Origin: Camelus ferus
Lineage: Eukaryota
DNA length: 64,000 nucleotides
Assembly (NCBI RefSeq): GCF_009834535.1
Contig: NC_045697.1
Coordinates: 100,194,001 to 100,258,000 of the forward strand
Reading direction: 5' to 3'
Shown piece after piece: positions 50,208 through 62,840 of the stretch; position 1 is the first letter of the stretch; each line of letters begins with the position of its first letter. Position numbers and translations under genes: made by a program. The notes below the pieces were generated by a model. That model worked only from the letters and a program-made list of their open reading frames with translations, ran no database searches and was not told where the DNA came from.

Positions 50208-50431
50208 TAAGAGTGGGCCGACTCCTGGGCAGTCAGAAGGTAAATATTTTAGGCTTCGTGGACCATATAATCTGTTGCGTAGACGGCTTAACTCTGCACT
50301 AGAGGGAGTGAGCAGCTCTCAACGATGCCTAAACAGATGGGTGTGGCAGTGTTCCAGTAAAACTTTATTTACCAAAATGGGTGGTGGGCCGGATTTGGCT
50401 CTCAAACTGGGCCACAATCTGCTGACCCCTG
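50208..50431 (+). mobile_element. MER58A-like hAT-Charlie element
   Basis: gtaaatattttaggcttcgtggaccata..gggtgtggcagtgttccagtaaaactttattta..ggccggatttggc..tgctgacccctg. Confidence 0.85.
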
Positions 50432-51608
50432 GTTTAGCCCAACAACAATCAAGTAAAAAAAGTCCATCTTGAAGTGACTCTCAAAACAAAAGAATAAGCA
50501 GCTAAAAATTTGAGGGTATAACTGATACCCATTGCTCTTTACTAATTGGAATTATACCTTTTAACCTCAGTCTAATAAAAAGTTCAACATTTTACTATAT
50601 TTTCCCCTGAACTTCTCCTTTATATTATAGATCACATTGAAAATCTCTAGTTTTATTTTTCCCCAATGCAATTTTTATATTCATGATGACTTTTGACATA
50701 CTGCTTTTCTATATAATTTGAGTTGCATCTAATTGAAATAGGACTTAAAATTTTTTTACATTGGGCTTTTCAAAATACTTTTATTCCTAGTACTTTAAAA
50801 AACTTGCCATCATTCCTTTCTACTTTTCCTTACATGAAGTTTGGTGGGAAAAAATCTCTGGCATAAGAACATTTTCTCTTTAAAAACATTTTTTTCTAGA
50901 TCTGATTGGAAAATAATACTAGCCAGTCACTTGTTTTCATAAAAATGTGCAAGGATACAATGCCCATGAACAGACTGCATATATTTTGTGAAATGCGGAT
51001 AGAAGCAACTCTTTAAAGATTTCTTTGATGTTTTCTAAAATTGTACAGCATAAGCTGACATGTATAGGTCGTTTCCAGTCTTTTCCAGACTTTGCAAACT
51101 TTGCTCTAATGCCTTTTGCTGTTTGTTACTTGCTCCAAATTCATTTCTCCTCTCTACCAGTCTTTAGTCAGGCCTACTTCCCATTTCTATAATGAAAATT
51201 TTTTTTTAAAGTTATATCAGTGATATTCAGTTTTTCTTTGCATTTTCTCTTAAAATAAGATGTTTACTATCTCTTCCTTGAGTTCAAGCCTAAGATGAGG
51301 CCACAGATTCTAAGGTACAAGCTAATCTGATTTGATTTAACCAGTCACTCAGGGTTTGGCCCCCTTATCGTCATAGTATGTGTGTTTCTGTCAAAGTTTC
51401 AAACTGGGGTTTCTATTCTTCATGTATTTTTCCTATTGCAGAATTTATTTATTAGCACCTTCAAGTCAGTGGACCCTGATCTCCATTCCTGACTTTATTT
51501 ACACTATCAACTTCAAAACTTTTTCTTTTGTCAAATTGGCATTGGCTGGCCCTCTTGAGATCCTGACTTCCAAGTCTCTGATTAAAAAGAAAAACCACAT
51601 TGGACTCT

Positions 51609-51943
51609 AAGAAAATGGTACAAATGAACTTATTTAGAAAACAGAAATATACTCACAGATATAGAAAACAAACTCATGGTTGCCAAAGGGAAAAGCTGGG
51701 GCAGGGCAGGGAGAGAAATAAATTACGAGTATAGGATTAACAGATACATACTACTATGTATAAAACAGATAAAAAACAAGGGCCTACTGTACAGTATAGG
51801 GAACTGTATTCAGTATCTTATAAGAACCTATAATGGAAAAGAATCTGAAAAAGTATATATATATGTATGTATAACTGTATCATTTTGCTGTACATCTGAA
51901 ACTAACACATCATTGTAAATTAACTATACTTCAATAAAAAAAA
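51609..51943 (+). mobile_element. Artiodactyl L1 3' end
   Basis: tacaaatgaacttattta.aaaacagaaa..actcacagatatagaaaacaaact..gctgtacatctgaaactaacaca.cattgtaaattaactatacttcaataaaaaaaa. Confidence 0.9.
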
Positions 51944-53259
51944 GATTCTTGACAATTTAAATTTTGCTTATGTTTAAATATTTAATACAGTCACATGATA
52001 GTGAGTGACACTTCCTTCCACTGGTCAAAATGATCCCATTTGAAAGAGGACAGCTAATTCTAGCTCCACTCCAGTCATCTGACGCCAGTGGAATTGCAAT
52101 TTTTGCCTCCAAAACCCCCAAATGTAAGTCTAAGTGGTACAGTGTGAGAGTAGAATCCTGGGGCCCTGGAAAAGTTGCCTGGCCTAGGGCTGTGTGTTCT
52201 TTAGCTGCACCTGGTACGCTTCCTTCTGACTATATCAGGAGGGAAGGAAGTAAAAAAGGGGATGGAAATCAGTGAGTTATGCCCATTCAAAACAAGAGAT
52301 GCTCCAGAGAAATGAAAACATATGTCTACACAACAACCTGAGGTTAAGCTGTTTCTCTAACCTAAATGATGGAGGCTTTGATTTTTCCTGAAGCAGCTTT
52401 AAAACAAAATCCCGGCAGCCAATTCCTGCCTCAATCTCTAAGGTTTTGGTCGGGGTTAAAAAATGCATCTTTTTCTTTCCCTTGAAACCTAAGTGTCCCG
52501 AGGGAAGCACAACAATTTTTTATAAAGTGTAATCACGCTCTGAAACTGAGACAGCCACACAAATGGCATACTTCAGTGCTCTGAGAATTTATCCTGGTCC
52601 AAAGTAAGACTCAACACTAGTGTAAGATGCCTGTACTGGGTCAGTGGGTAACTGGTGAAGCCAGACAGGGTTGTCCTCAGCCAACATGGACTTCAATGAA
52701 TAAGGGAACAGGCTCTCCGAAACCTCAGAAGTTAAAATCTTAGAAGACCCTGCAGGATTTCTGAAAAGGTACACTGGAGGGGAGGACCTACATTTTATAA
52801 GCTTCACTGCTTTGCAAGGGAAACAATTTCACTTTGTCCCATATTAAACTATTGCCAGGCATGCTTTCAAGATCGGAGACTGTGTCTATAAATAGTTTTT
52901 AAAAACGTTTAAGATGAAAGATTCTAAAAAGGCTCTTCCATTTCAAATGCAAAATATCTCTGCACAATTCGCAGTGATGGCATAGGCTTAGATAGTGCTA
53001 TTTAATGAAGATCTGCCTTGTTTAATCATCTTTATCTGTTCTGTCAGGATCTAATAGAGACAATTTGTTAATTGATGTGTCTAATTTGTTGTAAAACGTG
53101 ACAAGGAGTATTTAGCTGCTGTGATGCAATCTTAGTGTGGACACTGTTCAGAGTGGTCGATACTTGGCTAAAAATGTTGGCTTTCTGCTCTCCCCAACCC
53201 CAGCTACTTGCATTCAACACATCCTATCCTATTTTCAATGATCTGAAAATTAAGCCTTG

Positions 53260-53364
53260 GTGGTGAGGGTATAGCTCAGTGGTAGAGTACATGCTTAGCA
53301 TGCACAAGGTCCTGGATTCAATCTCCAGTACCTCCATCAAAAAAAAAAAAATAATAATAATAAC
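53260..53364 (+). mobile_element. tRNA-Ala-derived SINE (camelid Vic-1 type) with A/(AAT)n tail
   Basis: gagggtatagctcagtggtagagtacatgcttagcatgcacaaggtcctggattcaatctccagtacctcca plus tail; TSD aagccttg at 53252-53259 and 53365-53372. Confidence 0.9.
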
Positions 53365-53474
53365 AAGCCTTGCTTTATTCTGGAAAATTCTAGGCCAATA
53401 AAACTCCTAAGAAAGCAAAAAGGCTACTTTGATCTTTTGCCTGTCTTATTTTCTCTTTTCTTTTTCTTCCTTTG

Positions 53475-54125
53475 AGGAGAGTGTATAGTGACCAATTGCC
53501 GCCGGAGTCAGACCACCTGGGCCCAAATTCCAGCTCCATCATTTAATAGTCACGTGAGCTTGGGCAAGTCACTTAACGTCTCCAAGCTTCAGTTTCCTCA
53601 TTTGAAGAATAGGGACCATCAATAAGAGTACTTATCATGCAAGATCATTGTTTTTTCAAAAAAAATTAAAATAGGTAAAGTGCTTAGAGCAGTGCCTGGC
53701 ACACACCAAGTACAGCAAAAGCGCACGTAGCTGCTGTTACCAGGGCAACACCTCCAGAACACGCACAGAGGCGGGAAGAGAAAGATCTGGGGGGCGAGAC
53801 GGATGTGACTTTAAATTCTGCCACGTTTTAGCTTCATGTCCTCTGAGCCTTGGTTTCCTCAGCTGTAAATGGGGCCTCCTAACAGAATGTCATACACAGA
53901 TCTAACGCCTCGCATTTAGCCAGAATCCTGCCGCCGTATGGCAGTAGCCAGAACTGGAGGCTCTGAACCACAAAGCCTGCGAGACTTCGGGCAAACTGCT
54001 AACCTCCCCGAGGTTCAGCTCCCTTTTAAGTAAATGGCAATAAATGTAGTACTGAGTTCATAACATTGATGAGATGATTAAATGAAATAAGGCACTTAAA
54101 CCACAGTCAGGTCTCAATATACATT
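53475..54125 (+). mobile_element. Cluster of three MIR copies/fragments
   Basis: ggagtcagaccacctggg..ttgggcaagtcacttaac.tctc.aagcttcagtttcctcatttg; ctctgagccttggtttcctcagctgtaaatgggg; cttcgggcaaactgctaacctcccc..gagatgattaaatgaaataa. Confidence 0.85.
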
Positions 54126-54879
54126 GTTTAAAATTTTAAGACAGTCACTCCTCTCAAACAGCCAGCATATGTTATACAGGAACCTTGAAAAAATGATCCT
54201 TATTTAAAAAGACCTATTTGTATTTCAGTAATATCTTAAACAGAAAATGAAAAAGTGTTCTGCCTTGAAAAACACCTCTTCCCAGTGAGGCCAGATTAGT
54301 GGGCTGTAACAGGAAGATTAACCTACAGTGGCACATTAAATCTCTCCGTAATCTGTCATGAAATCCCACTGCCTCTTCTTTCAGTAATCTCTGAAATCTG
54401 TCCTTTCCCTTCTCCCTCTATTACTAATTCCCAACCAGTTTATTACTTTTGTTTTTGCTGCAAAAGACAAGTATAAAACAAAACGCAGTTCTTCACCAAA
54501 TTTGAAATCATCTACCTGGATTCTGGCTACTTTGCTATCTTCACCCAATCCAGGACTAGCTGCCATTATCAATTTAATCTTCTTTTCTCATTGTCAAAAT
54601 GTGTCACTATAACAGCTTAAAATGTACCTTCTAATTTCTTAATTAGCTTCATTCTATATTCCTTACTTATCTCAAGTATGTCCTCTTTTCACAACATCTC
54701 CCAGGAAAAATTGTATTCTGTGAAATGTCAGCTAATCTGAAATTGCATTTTTTCCCCCTTTTCTCCCTCTAGACGAATCATCTTTGTGTGAGACAGGGCA
54801 AGGGGACAATGTGTCAGCTATTACATTATAAGCTTAGCTCTGCGGAGGGCTTTAGAATTAGTCCCCCAGACAGGCTGAC

Positions 54880-55005
54880 GGTGATAAGCGCTACTAGGAG
54901 GCTGGGGCCGCGCGTGCGCACTAGGGGAAGGGAGCCGGTGAAGGTACAGGGCAGCTGTGACAGGGAGTCACCAGGGATCTCTCGGACAGCAGGGGGCGCT
55001 GCCCC
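54880..55005 (+). promoter_or_regulatory. CpG-enriched element with CTCF and NRF1 motifs
   Basis: ACAGCAGGGGGCGCTG 54986-55001 (CTCF core CCASYAGRKGGCRS, one mismatch); GCGCGTGCGCA 54910-54920 (NRF1-like); TGATAA 54882. Confidence 0.55.
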
Positions 55006-57351
55006 AGGTGGAACAGGCCCTGGCCTACACGTGAGAAGTCTGATTACCAAAAGGGATCTGCTCCTGTGGCTCTGGGTCTAGTGACCTCAACAATGACAAC
55101 CGTGAGTTCAGCGTGGTTGTCACCACTGAGGAGCAGCAAAGATTTCTAAAAGATCACCCCTGGGTAAGTGGCCATCCTGAGTCACAGTGCTCCCAACACA
55201 ACTCTTGAGTCACAACCATCCAGCTCCTCCACTACCCGGTCTACAGCCTTCACGACAGTCAGCCCTGAGGGAGCAAACAGCGTCAGGTGCAAGCAGCCGT
55301 TACTGCTGGCACAGCTTCAGTGATCAAATTCTAGAAAGGCAGGCCAGGCTAAGGACATGTCAGCATGTGGGGGATTCCATCTTACTTTACAAATGGCTCT
55401 ATCCTATCAGTCACTAAAATAAATGCCATGTAGATGTTAGCTGAGCTGTTACTTTGAGCTGGGTAAATTTTCTCTACTTTCTTCCTGTGTCTTCTCTGAG
55501 CTCCCTTAACTTCATCTGCCAAGCAGCTCACCCCAAGCAAAGACATCGCAGAGGAGGGCTTCTTACACCTACTGACAGACAGAAGGAAATAAATGAGACG
55601 AAAGGAAACCCACGCTACCCCAAATGGAAGAACCTAAAGGCCGTTTGCTTCCATTGGACAGAGATAAGAAAACAGCATTGTCAACCATATCTTAGCATGG
55701 GAGGGATTCTGTGTGTTCCATATTTAGGAGTTTTAGATTTATGAAATTTCTCTACTAAAGGAGTTGAATTTTTATCTTCCAAAATTTGTTGGGGAGAAAA
55801 ACACCCCTGAGTACCACCTAAAAGCATAATGTAGAAAAATAAGCAAAGATAAAGTAACAGTCTGTGAGGTTCAAGATTTTTTAGAACAAAATAATAACTG
55901 ATTTGTTCTTTCATGTGTGTGTGCAAGAGAAAGATAGAGAGAGAGAGAGAATCTACCTATATTTAGAGAGAAAATTGATACTTTTTTAAAACCAATTATT
56001 TCTTCAGAGACAGGAATTTTCATGGCAGTTTAAAGAACCATTTAAACTGATGCCTTCACTGGTGTCTGTAAATGGCCCCCACTCAGTGTCAATGGAATTG
56101 AAAAGCTTTTGGTTTTTAGATTTCTACTCCCTTTGGAGAATTCTGTTTAATTTTCAAAACTGTCAACTGTTCCACTTGTGCCCCAGAGTTCTCCGAACTC
56201 TGTGGTCACTCTGCATTCAACACTGTTTCACTGTCAAAGTATAATTATGTGTTTGTACCAAAGAAACCAAATGCCCTTTGCTTCTCAAAAGAATGCTTCA
56301 GCTCTGCCACTTAGATTAGTTGCTCAGACCCAACGCACGGGCTTGGGGCACCCCTGCCGCACGCCGATTTCAGCTCTGAGTTCCTCTGCTGTTCTGAGCT
56401 CTTCAGAGAAAAGAGACTAAAATAATCCAGAGTAAGCTACACATAGTAGTGACCATATTCCCGGAAGGTTTTTTTTTTTAAAGCCCAAAAGCAATGTGCA
56501 TAATAATTGAGGGATTAAACAGTGCTTCTGATGCCACTGCTGTTCTGCTGTACACAGTACCGGCCACGTTTCCTGGAAACCACATAACCTTGACCCTAGT
56601 GCCCAGGGTAGCTGAGGGATCCCATTCAATTCCTGGTCAACAGTCACAGGCACCATTACTGGGTTTTATAACATTTTCTAATTGTTTTGGTCTTCGTGTC
56701 CTGAAATGACTTTGGGGCAGTTTTTCTTGTGCTCCTGAGCCTGACTTCCTACCTTTCTAACTCAGTCCAGGAAGAAAAAAAAAAAAGTGCCTAATAGAGC
56801 CAGGAGTCTGCAAAGTCAAGAAACAGGACAAACTTATTTTTTAGTATGTTAAGTATGTTTGCATATATCACATTTGGTATGGTTTTCTTTAAATTCAGGT
56901 GAAGGACCTCTACATGAAAGCAATGGGTACACTAGTGAACCTGACAAAAACAGAAAACAAAAAACACACACCAATACATTGTTTTTCTTGCGTTAACAAA
57001 CTTTCAGACCCTCTATAGATACTTATCATATGCTCTAAAGATAAGCTTACCCTGTTTACTGACTTCTAAGACACTGAGTAAAAGGCACACTCCTGATGAA
57101 GCTGACAGAATGGTTCATTAAAGATAGTGAGTCTGATAATGGCATTACCCAACCCCCGCCACCATAGGGTAGTTTCTCAACAACCCAAAAAGCAGAGAGA
57201 AATAACCAGTTCTGTTGAGTTTATATACCAGGAAATGAGATCCTTAGATACTGACTTTTTACCATAAGCAGGAAAAACATTATCAATAACCACACTCACA
57301 AAACCAATCAGATGACTCTCTGAAAATGCCTTGTGCTCCTGGCCACAATTT

Positions 57352-57387
<36 letters not shown>

Positions 57388-57880
57388 GAGAGAGGTATAG
57401 TCAGTTTTACAAAGTTGTGTCAATTTCTAGTGTACAGCACAATGCTTGTCGTACATGAATATACATATATTCGTTTTCATATTCTTCCTCACCATAAGTT
57501 ACAAGATATTAAATATAATTCCCTGTGCTATACAGTATGAACTTGTTGTTTATCTATTTTATATATAGTAGTTCATATCTGCAAATCTCAAACTCCCAAT
57601 TTATCCCTTTCCTCTCCCTACCCTCTCAGTAACCATAAGTTTGTTTTCTATGTCTGTGAGTCTGTTTCTGTTTTGTAAATAAGTTCATTCACCTTTTTTT
57701 TTTTTAAGATTCCACATGTAAGTGATATCCTATGATATTTTTCTTTCTCTTTCTGGCTTACTTCACTTAAAATGACAATCTCTAGGTCCATCCATGTTGC
57801 TGCAAATGGCATTATTTTATTATTTTTTATGGCTAAGTAGTATTCCATTGTATAAATATACCACGACTTCTTTATCCAGT
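57352..57880 (-). mobile_element. Camelid/artiodactyl L1 3' fragment with diverged TSD
   Basis: ORF MEYYLAIKNNKIMPFAATWMDLEIVILSEVSQKEK is the ORF2 C-terminus; TSD ctggccacaattt (57339-57351) / ctggtcacaatct (57881-57893). Confidence 0.92.
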
Positions 57881-59239
57881 CTGGTCACAATCTTGATCCT
57901 AAACAAAATCTTTTCTTCCCTTACTCCTCTTCCTTTTCCACTCTGGCTTAAAACTACTAACAGGTTTGATTTACACATTAGTGGTGTTGGTCTCAGTGAG
58001 GAACTTTGGTTCTGCCTTGCCTGGAAGTTACAAAGCTGAAGTTACAGGAGGTGCTGAACCGAACTAAGACATAGCCTTATAAAAGAGTACAATGAGGATC
58101 CAGATCAGCAGGAAAGCCATGTCTCAGGAGGAGATCCCTGTTAGATATTTCCATTTCCCTTCTTTTTTGTCCAAAGACATAGAAACACTAAGAATGGACA
58201 CAAAGTTGGTTATGGAGTCCTTTCTGCCAGTGTGACAGAATGTGTACACACAACTCACATCCAGATGCACAAAGATGCGTAGTACAAATCCCTCACATGA
58301 CTGATACCGTTCTAGGCATTTATAAAAGCTATAAAGGCAGCTGACTAAAGTGCCAAAAAAAAAAATGCATCAATGAAGACTGAGCAAAGATTAAATATAT
58401 GCTCTTTGGAAGTATAATGGAAAATTAAGTTAACAGACTTTGTAAGTGCCCCATCCCAACCCTTGCACACATATACCGATTTCCATCTCTGAATAAAGTA
58501 GTATAATGTGATATGGATCAGACCACCCCTAATTTGAATCATTATTTAAATTTACGTAGAATGCATTGTCAAATAAATGCACGCAATTCATTCTTAGGCA
58601 CAAGTCAGAAACACATGACAAAAAAAAAAAAATGACAGCTCAGCGCTCCTTCATATTTACCATTTTAATGATTTCAGCTTAGCAGGTAATTGTTTCTATG
58701 ACCTGAAGTTACAATCACTTTCTCCTAAATAGTTGAAAAGAGTGTTATCACTCCTCAGGCTTTGTAGTAATGCTATACATCTGAAACATCTGTTCAAGCT
58801 ACACATCCGAAAGACAAGGAATATCCAGATTTAACTTTTTTCCAGGAAACCACACCAAATAAAGGGTTGTATCCACTAAAAAAGGGAAGTTGCAGAGCAA
58901 ACACAAAGCTAAATACCAGAGATGTGGCATTTTGAAAATAATCCCAGCGTCTATTTTAACTGTAACTCTCTTAAATTTGCCAACTATGGAAAAGAAATGG
59001 ACTTAAAAATAACAGAAGTACTTTCACATTTCTCACCAAGTCCATTCTTGGCAGTCTGAGGGTTGAGTTGGTACTAAAGGATGCTTGGGCTTCTGATCAA
59101 CAGAGAAGCGGGTCTGGAAAATTCTAGTATAGACATAGCATGAACTAGAGTGAAGATTAGGAATAAGCTTGAAGACCAGAGAGGTGAAAAGACTGACTGG
59201 TTGAAATAAAGATTCATTTGGGAAAAATGTGGATTGGAC

Positions 59240-59817
59240 AACGTGGAAGACCATATTTTGCAAATTTGCCATCATAATATCTCCCATCTCATGGATTCTT
59301 CTCATGATGCCACCCTGACACTCCTCCCATGGAGAGATGAGGTCTATGGCTCTTCTCCTTGAACCCAGCTGGGCAGAACTTTTAAAGTCTTTTTACCAAT
59401 TGAGTACTCATAACAGCTCTGCAACTTTCAAGGCTCGATCACGAACATGCCTTGCCCTCTTGTGATGTTCATTCCTGGGGCCTGCCGCCATGCTTTAAGG
59501 GAATCCAAACTAGTCTAGGTGGACAGACTACATGCAGAAGCCATATGTAGGTCACCTCTGGTAAGATCTCCAAAGAGAGTCAGCATCAACCACCGGACAC
59601 ATTGAGTAACGATGCTGCCACACTGCCCCTGCCATCAAGTCACCCCAACTTTTAAGTCTTCTCAGCTGAGAGCCCAGACACTGGGGATCAGAGATAAGCT
59701 GCTGCCTCTGGGCTCTGTCCAGATTCCTGACCCGCAGAATCTGTGAGCATAAAAATGGTTGTTTTATGCCACCTAAGTGCTGGGGTGACTGGTTATACAG
59801 AAAAAGTAACTGGAACA
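59240..59817 (+). mobile_element. MLT1G/H-like MaLR solo LTR
   Basis: gacactcctcccatggagagatgaggtctatg..ccttgaa; attcctgacccgcagaatctgtgagcataaaaatggttgttttatgccac.taagt..gtaactggaaca. Confidence 0.85.
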
Positions 59818-59839
59818 GATATCTATTGTGAGACAAGTA

Positions 59840-60290
59840 TTAGAACTCATATGACCAGGCTAAGAGGTGTACGGGAAATCAGGGGAGATTTTCATACAGA
59901 GTGATTTGGTAATTAAGAGCTTAAGACATGAGAGAGGATAAGTAAGAGGAAAAATCATTTAAAAAATTGTTACATTGGCCTGATCTAATTTTAGTAGAAG
60001 AGAATGAAAGAGGAGGGGAGAGATGTTTCATTGGAAGTGTCAGTGAGTTTTGATGCTAATGGAGTGTGAAAGACAAAGGGGTGAGGGGAGTTGCACACTT
60101 TTCCCAGGGGCCATTTGCAAGCAGGACAAACAGAAAGGACAGCCAGGCACCAGAAGTGGAAGACAGACAGCTTGTGTTTCAGACTCAAGACATATGAAGC
60201 AACGTAGAGCACCCAGGAGGACAGTACAAGCAGTCTGAAAGACAGGGCTAAAAACCTAAGGGAAAAGATGTGTTGAGATCTATACATCAT
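59840..60290 (-). mobile_element. L2 fragment
   Basis: Purine-rich antisense L2 text (aagcagtctgaaagacagggctaaaaacctaagggaaaagatgtgttgagatc). Confidence 0.45.
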
Positions 60291-60530
60291 CTGAATAAAG
60301 GGGACAGTTAAAAGGACAAAACAGAATTGCTCTATGAAGAGAAAGATTTTAGAAACAAGAGGGCGAAACACTCCAGATTTACCGGGCATCTACATCTTTC
60401 TGCAGTTCCCTGACTGCCTCCGTTCACACCCCGCCCTTCATCCCAGGCCTCCCCTTCGGCACTGTCCTCCTTCCCATCATCATGCATATCCTTTGCTTGT
60501 CACATTTGGTCCTCCTTTTAATTTCCTCCC

Positions 60531-60916
60531 TGTTATGGACTGCGTTGTGTCCTCCTAAAATTCATATGTGAAGCTCTAATCCCCAACATGACTGTATTTG
60601 GATCTCCTATCTAGGGTCTATGAGGAGGTGACAAAGGTTAAATGAGGTCACAAGGGTGGGGCCCTAATCCGACAGGGCAGGTGTCCTTATAAGAGGAGGC
60701 AGAGATGCCAGAGCTCTCTCTCCCCACCATGTGAGGACACAGCAAGAAGGCAGCTGTCTACGAGCCAAAAGAAGAGGACTTAGAGTGAAACCTACCTTGC
60801 TAGAACCTTGATCTTGGATTTTCCAGCTTCCAGAAGTGTGAGAAACTTCTGTTGTTTAAGTCTATAGTATTACGGTTATAATGTTATGGTTATAGCAGCC
60901 TTAGATGACTAATACA
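60531..60916 (+). mobile_element. MLT1A/B-like MaLR solo LTR
   Basis: TG...CA termini: tgttatggactg..aaaattcatatg..aggttaaatgaggtcacaagggtgggccctaatcc..gttatagcagcc..gactaataca. Confidence 0.9.
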
Positions 60917-61978
60917 ATCCTTGCTCCAAATACTTCTTTTATGTCTTTCTCCAGACCTTACCTGACCAAGTAGACTTTGTCCAGGCATGTATGAAAGATT
61001 ATCCTAAAATGGCTTAGATCATGGAGGGACAGCTTCATGGTCACCAAGAAACTTCATAATGAAAACATTTACAATAAGAAATAATCCATTACTTTTTGTT
61101 AGAATGCTATTTAGTAAATTTGTCAAATTTGTTTACATTTTATTTTAGTTATGTAAATTTAATTTACGCAAAAAGTACTTGTGGGAGTTATTTGGGTAGC
61201 AGTACATAAATAACACATCTGTAAGGCACAGAGGAAAACTGACGTATAAACGGGGCTAAGTGGAACTGAGCTTGTGCTAGGGGGAGAAACAGGTATGTGT
61301 CGGGCACTTGGGAGTATGACCCAGGGCTCCTGAAGGGAAGGCTGGCTTCTAACAGCATCTGCCGTCTTGACTTCTCTTGGCAAGACAAACATTGGAAATA
61401 AAATTAAAAAAATGTAAACCTTAGGGAAACAACAGACCAATACCTGCTAGCAATGGTCAGTAAGACCAGGGACATGAACTAGAACCAGGTGACTTAGAGC
61501 TAGAAGGAGACTTGGAGCCACATAATCCAGTCTACAGATGGAGCCGTTTAGGTGAGACTCTCTCAGGACCTTTTAAACGCTCCCCTCCCCTTACAACATT
61601 CCACAGCATGCCCACTGGAGTTAGGGTGAGGGAGAAACTTTCCTATCACGACTTCCAGATTTTCCCGCATTCATGCACGCATTCATCATGTATTCACTCC
61701 ACCAAGACATAAGAAGCACTAGGCACCAGGTTTTTTTAAGTAGTTTGTATAAGAGATGAGTAAATTGCAGTTCATAGTGACATGAAATCCATTATATGGA
61801 AGGAAATGCTGATGTTATAAAAGTGCAACCAGCACAAAATCAGCAAAATAACAAAAACAATAACCACCCCAATTCTCAAATTAAAAAAAATCTGAATTGT
61901 TACTGAAATTCTGATAGGTGTCAAAGAGGCAACTATACTATAAAACCCCCCAAATGTTTAAAAATCCTCTTTTGACCT

Positions 61979-62380
61979 TGTAGTGGGTTGAACAGTGGCT
62001 CCTAAAAAGATTGTCCAAGTCTTATCCCTTTGAACCTTAGAAACTTGGCTTGGAAAAGGTCTTTGCAGATATAATTAATGATCATCTTGATATGACAAAT
62101 GTCCTTTTGAGAGAAAGGCAGAGGCACAACTGGGACTCACAATTATAGGGGAGGTCATGTGAAGACAGAGACAAGGATTGGAGCCAAGCCAAAGAATGCC
62201 TGGAACTACCAGAAGTTGGAAGGGCAAGGAAAGAGTCTCCCCAAGAGCCTTCCAAGGGAACACGGCCCTGCTGACACTTTGATTTCAGACTTCTGGCCTC
62301 CATAACTCAGAATACATTTCTGTTGTTTTAAGCCACCCAGTTGTGGTAATTTGTTATGACAGTTCTAGAAAACTAATACC
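61979..62380 (+). mobile_element. MLT1C-like MaLR solo LTR
   Basis: tgtagtgggttgaacagtggc..ggtctttgcagat..accagaagttggaagggcaaggaa..cacggccctgctgacactttgatttcagacttctggcctcca..aaactaatac. Confidence 0.9.
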
Positions 62381-62399
62381 ATCTCTTTCTCTCCAAAGG

Positions 62400-62840
62400 C
62401 CCATTACTCATTACAACTATTTGTCACAAATCTTTTTTTCTTCTCAAAACTCCAGCCAGTCTGGGTCTCCTCACTTCTCGCCTTCTCCATCCTACTCTTC
62501 CAAATATGCTCTTTTCTCCAGTGGGTCTGTGCTCTCTATGAACTTAGTAAATATGTCAAATTTTCGATATCCTTCAAATTATTTTGCTTGATCTACTTAA
62601 TTCTCATGAAGCTATGCTAAAATCTTTAAGTGCAGATTTCTGAAGGTTTTATAGTGAGTCCACTGGATTTTCTTTATTTAGAATCTATAGTGTTGGTACA
62701 GCACAAATTCATGATTGTTATGTCTTCTTAGTAAATTGTTTCTGTTAGTAATAAATAGTATTTCTCTTTACCTCTGTCGATGCTTTTGCCTTAATTTTAA
62801 TTTTATTCAATGTTATTACCATTGTTAAGGTCAGCTTGCC
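62400..62840 (-). mobile_element. Decayed old L1 internal fragment
   Basis: atgctaaaatct..ttatagtgagt..ttggtacagcacaaattcatgattgttatgtcttct..tgcttttgccttaatttt. Confidence 0.5.

Noticed and set aside
53264..53336. Functional tRNA-Ala(AGC) gene
   Set aside because: Degenerate B box and stems, polyA-type tail and TSD indicate a SINE.
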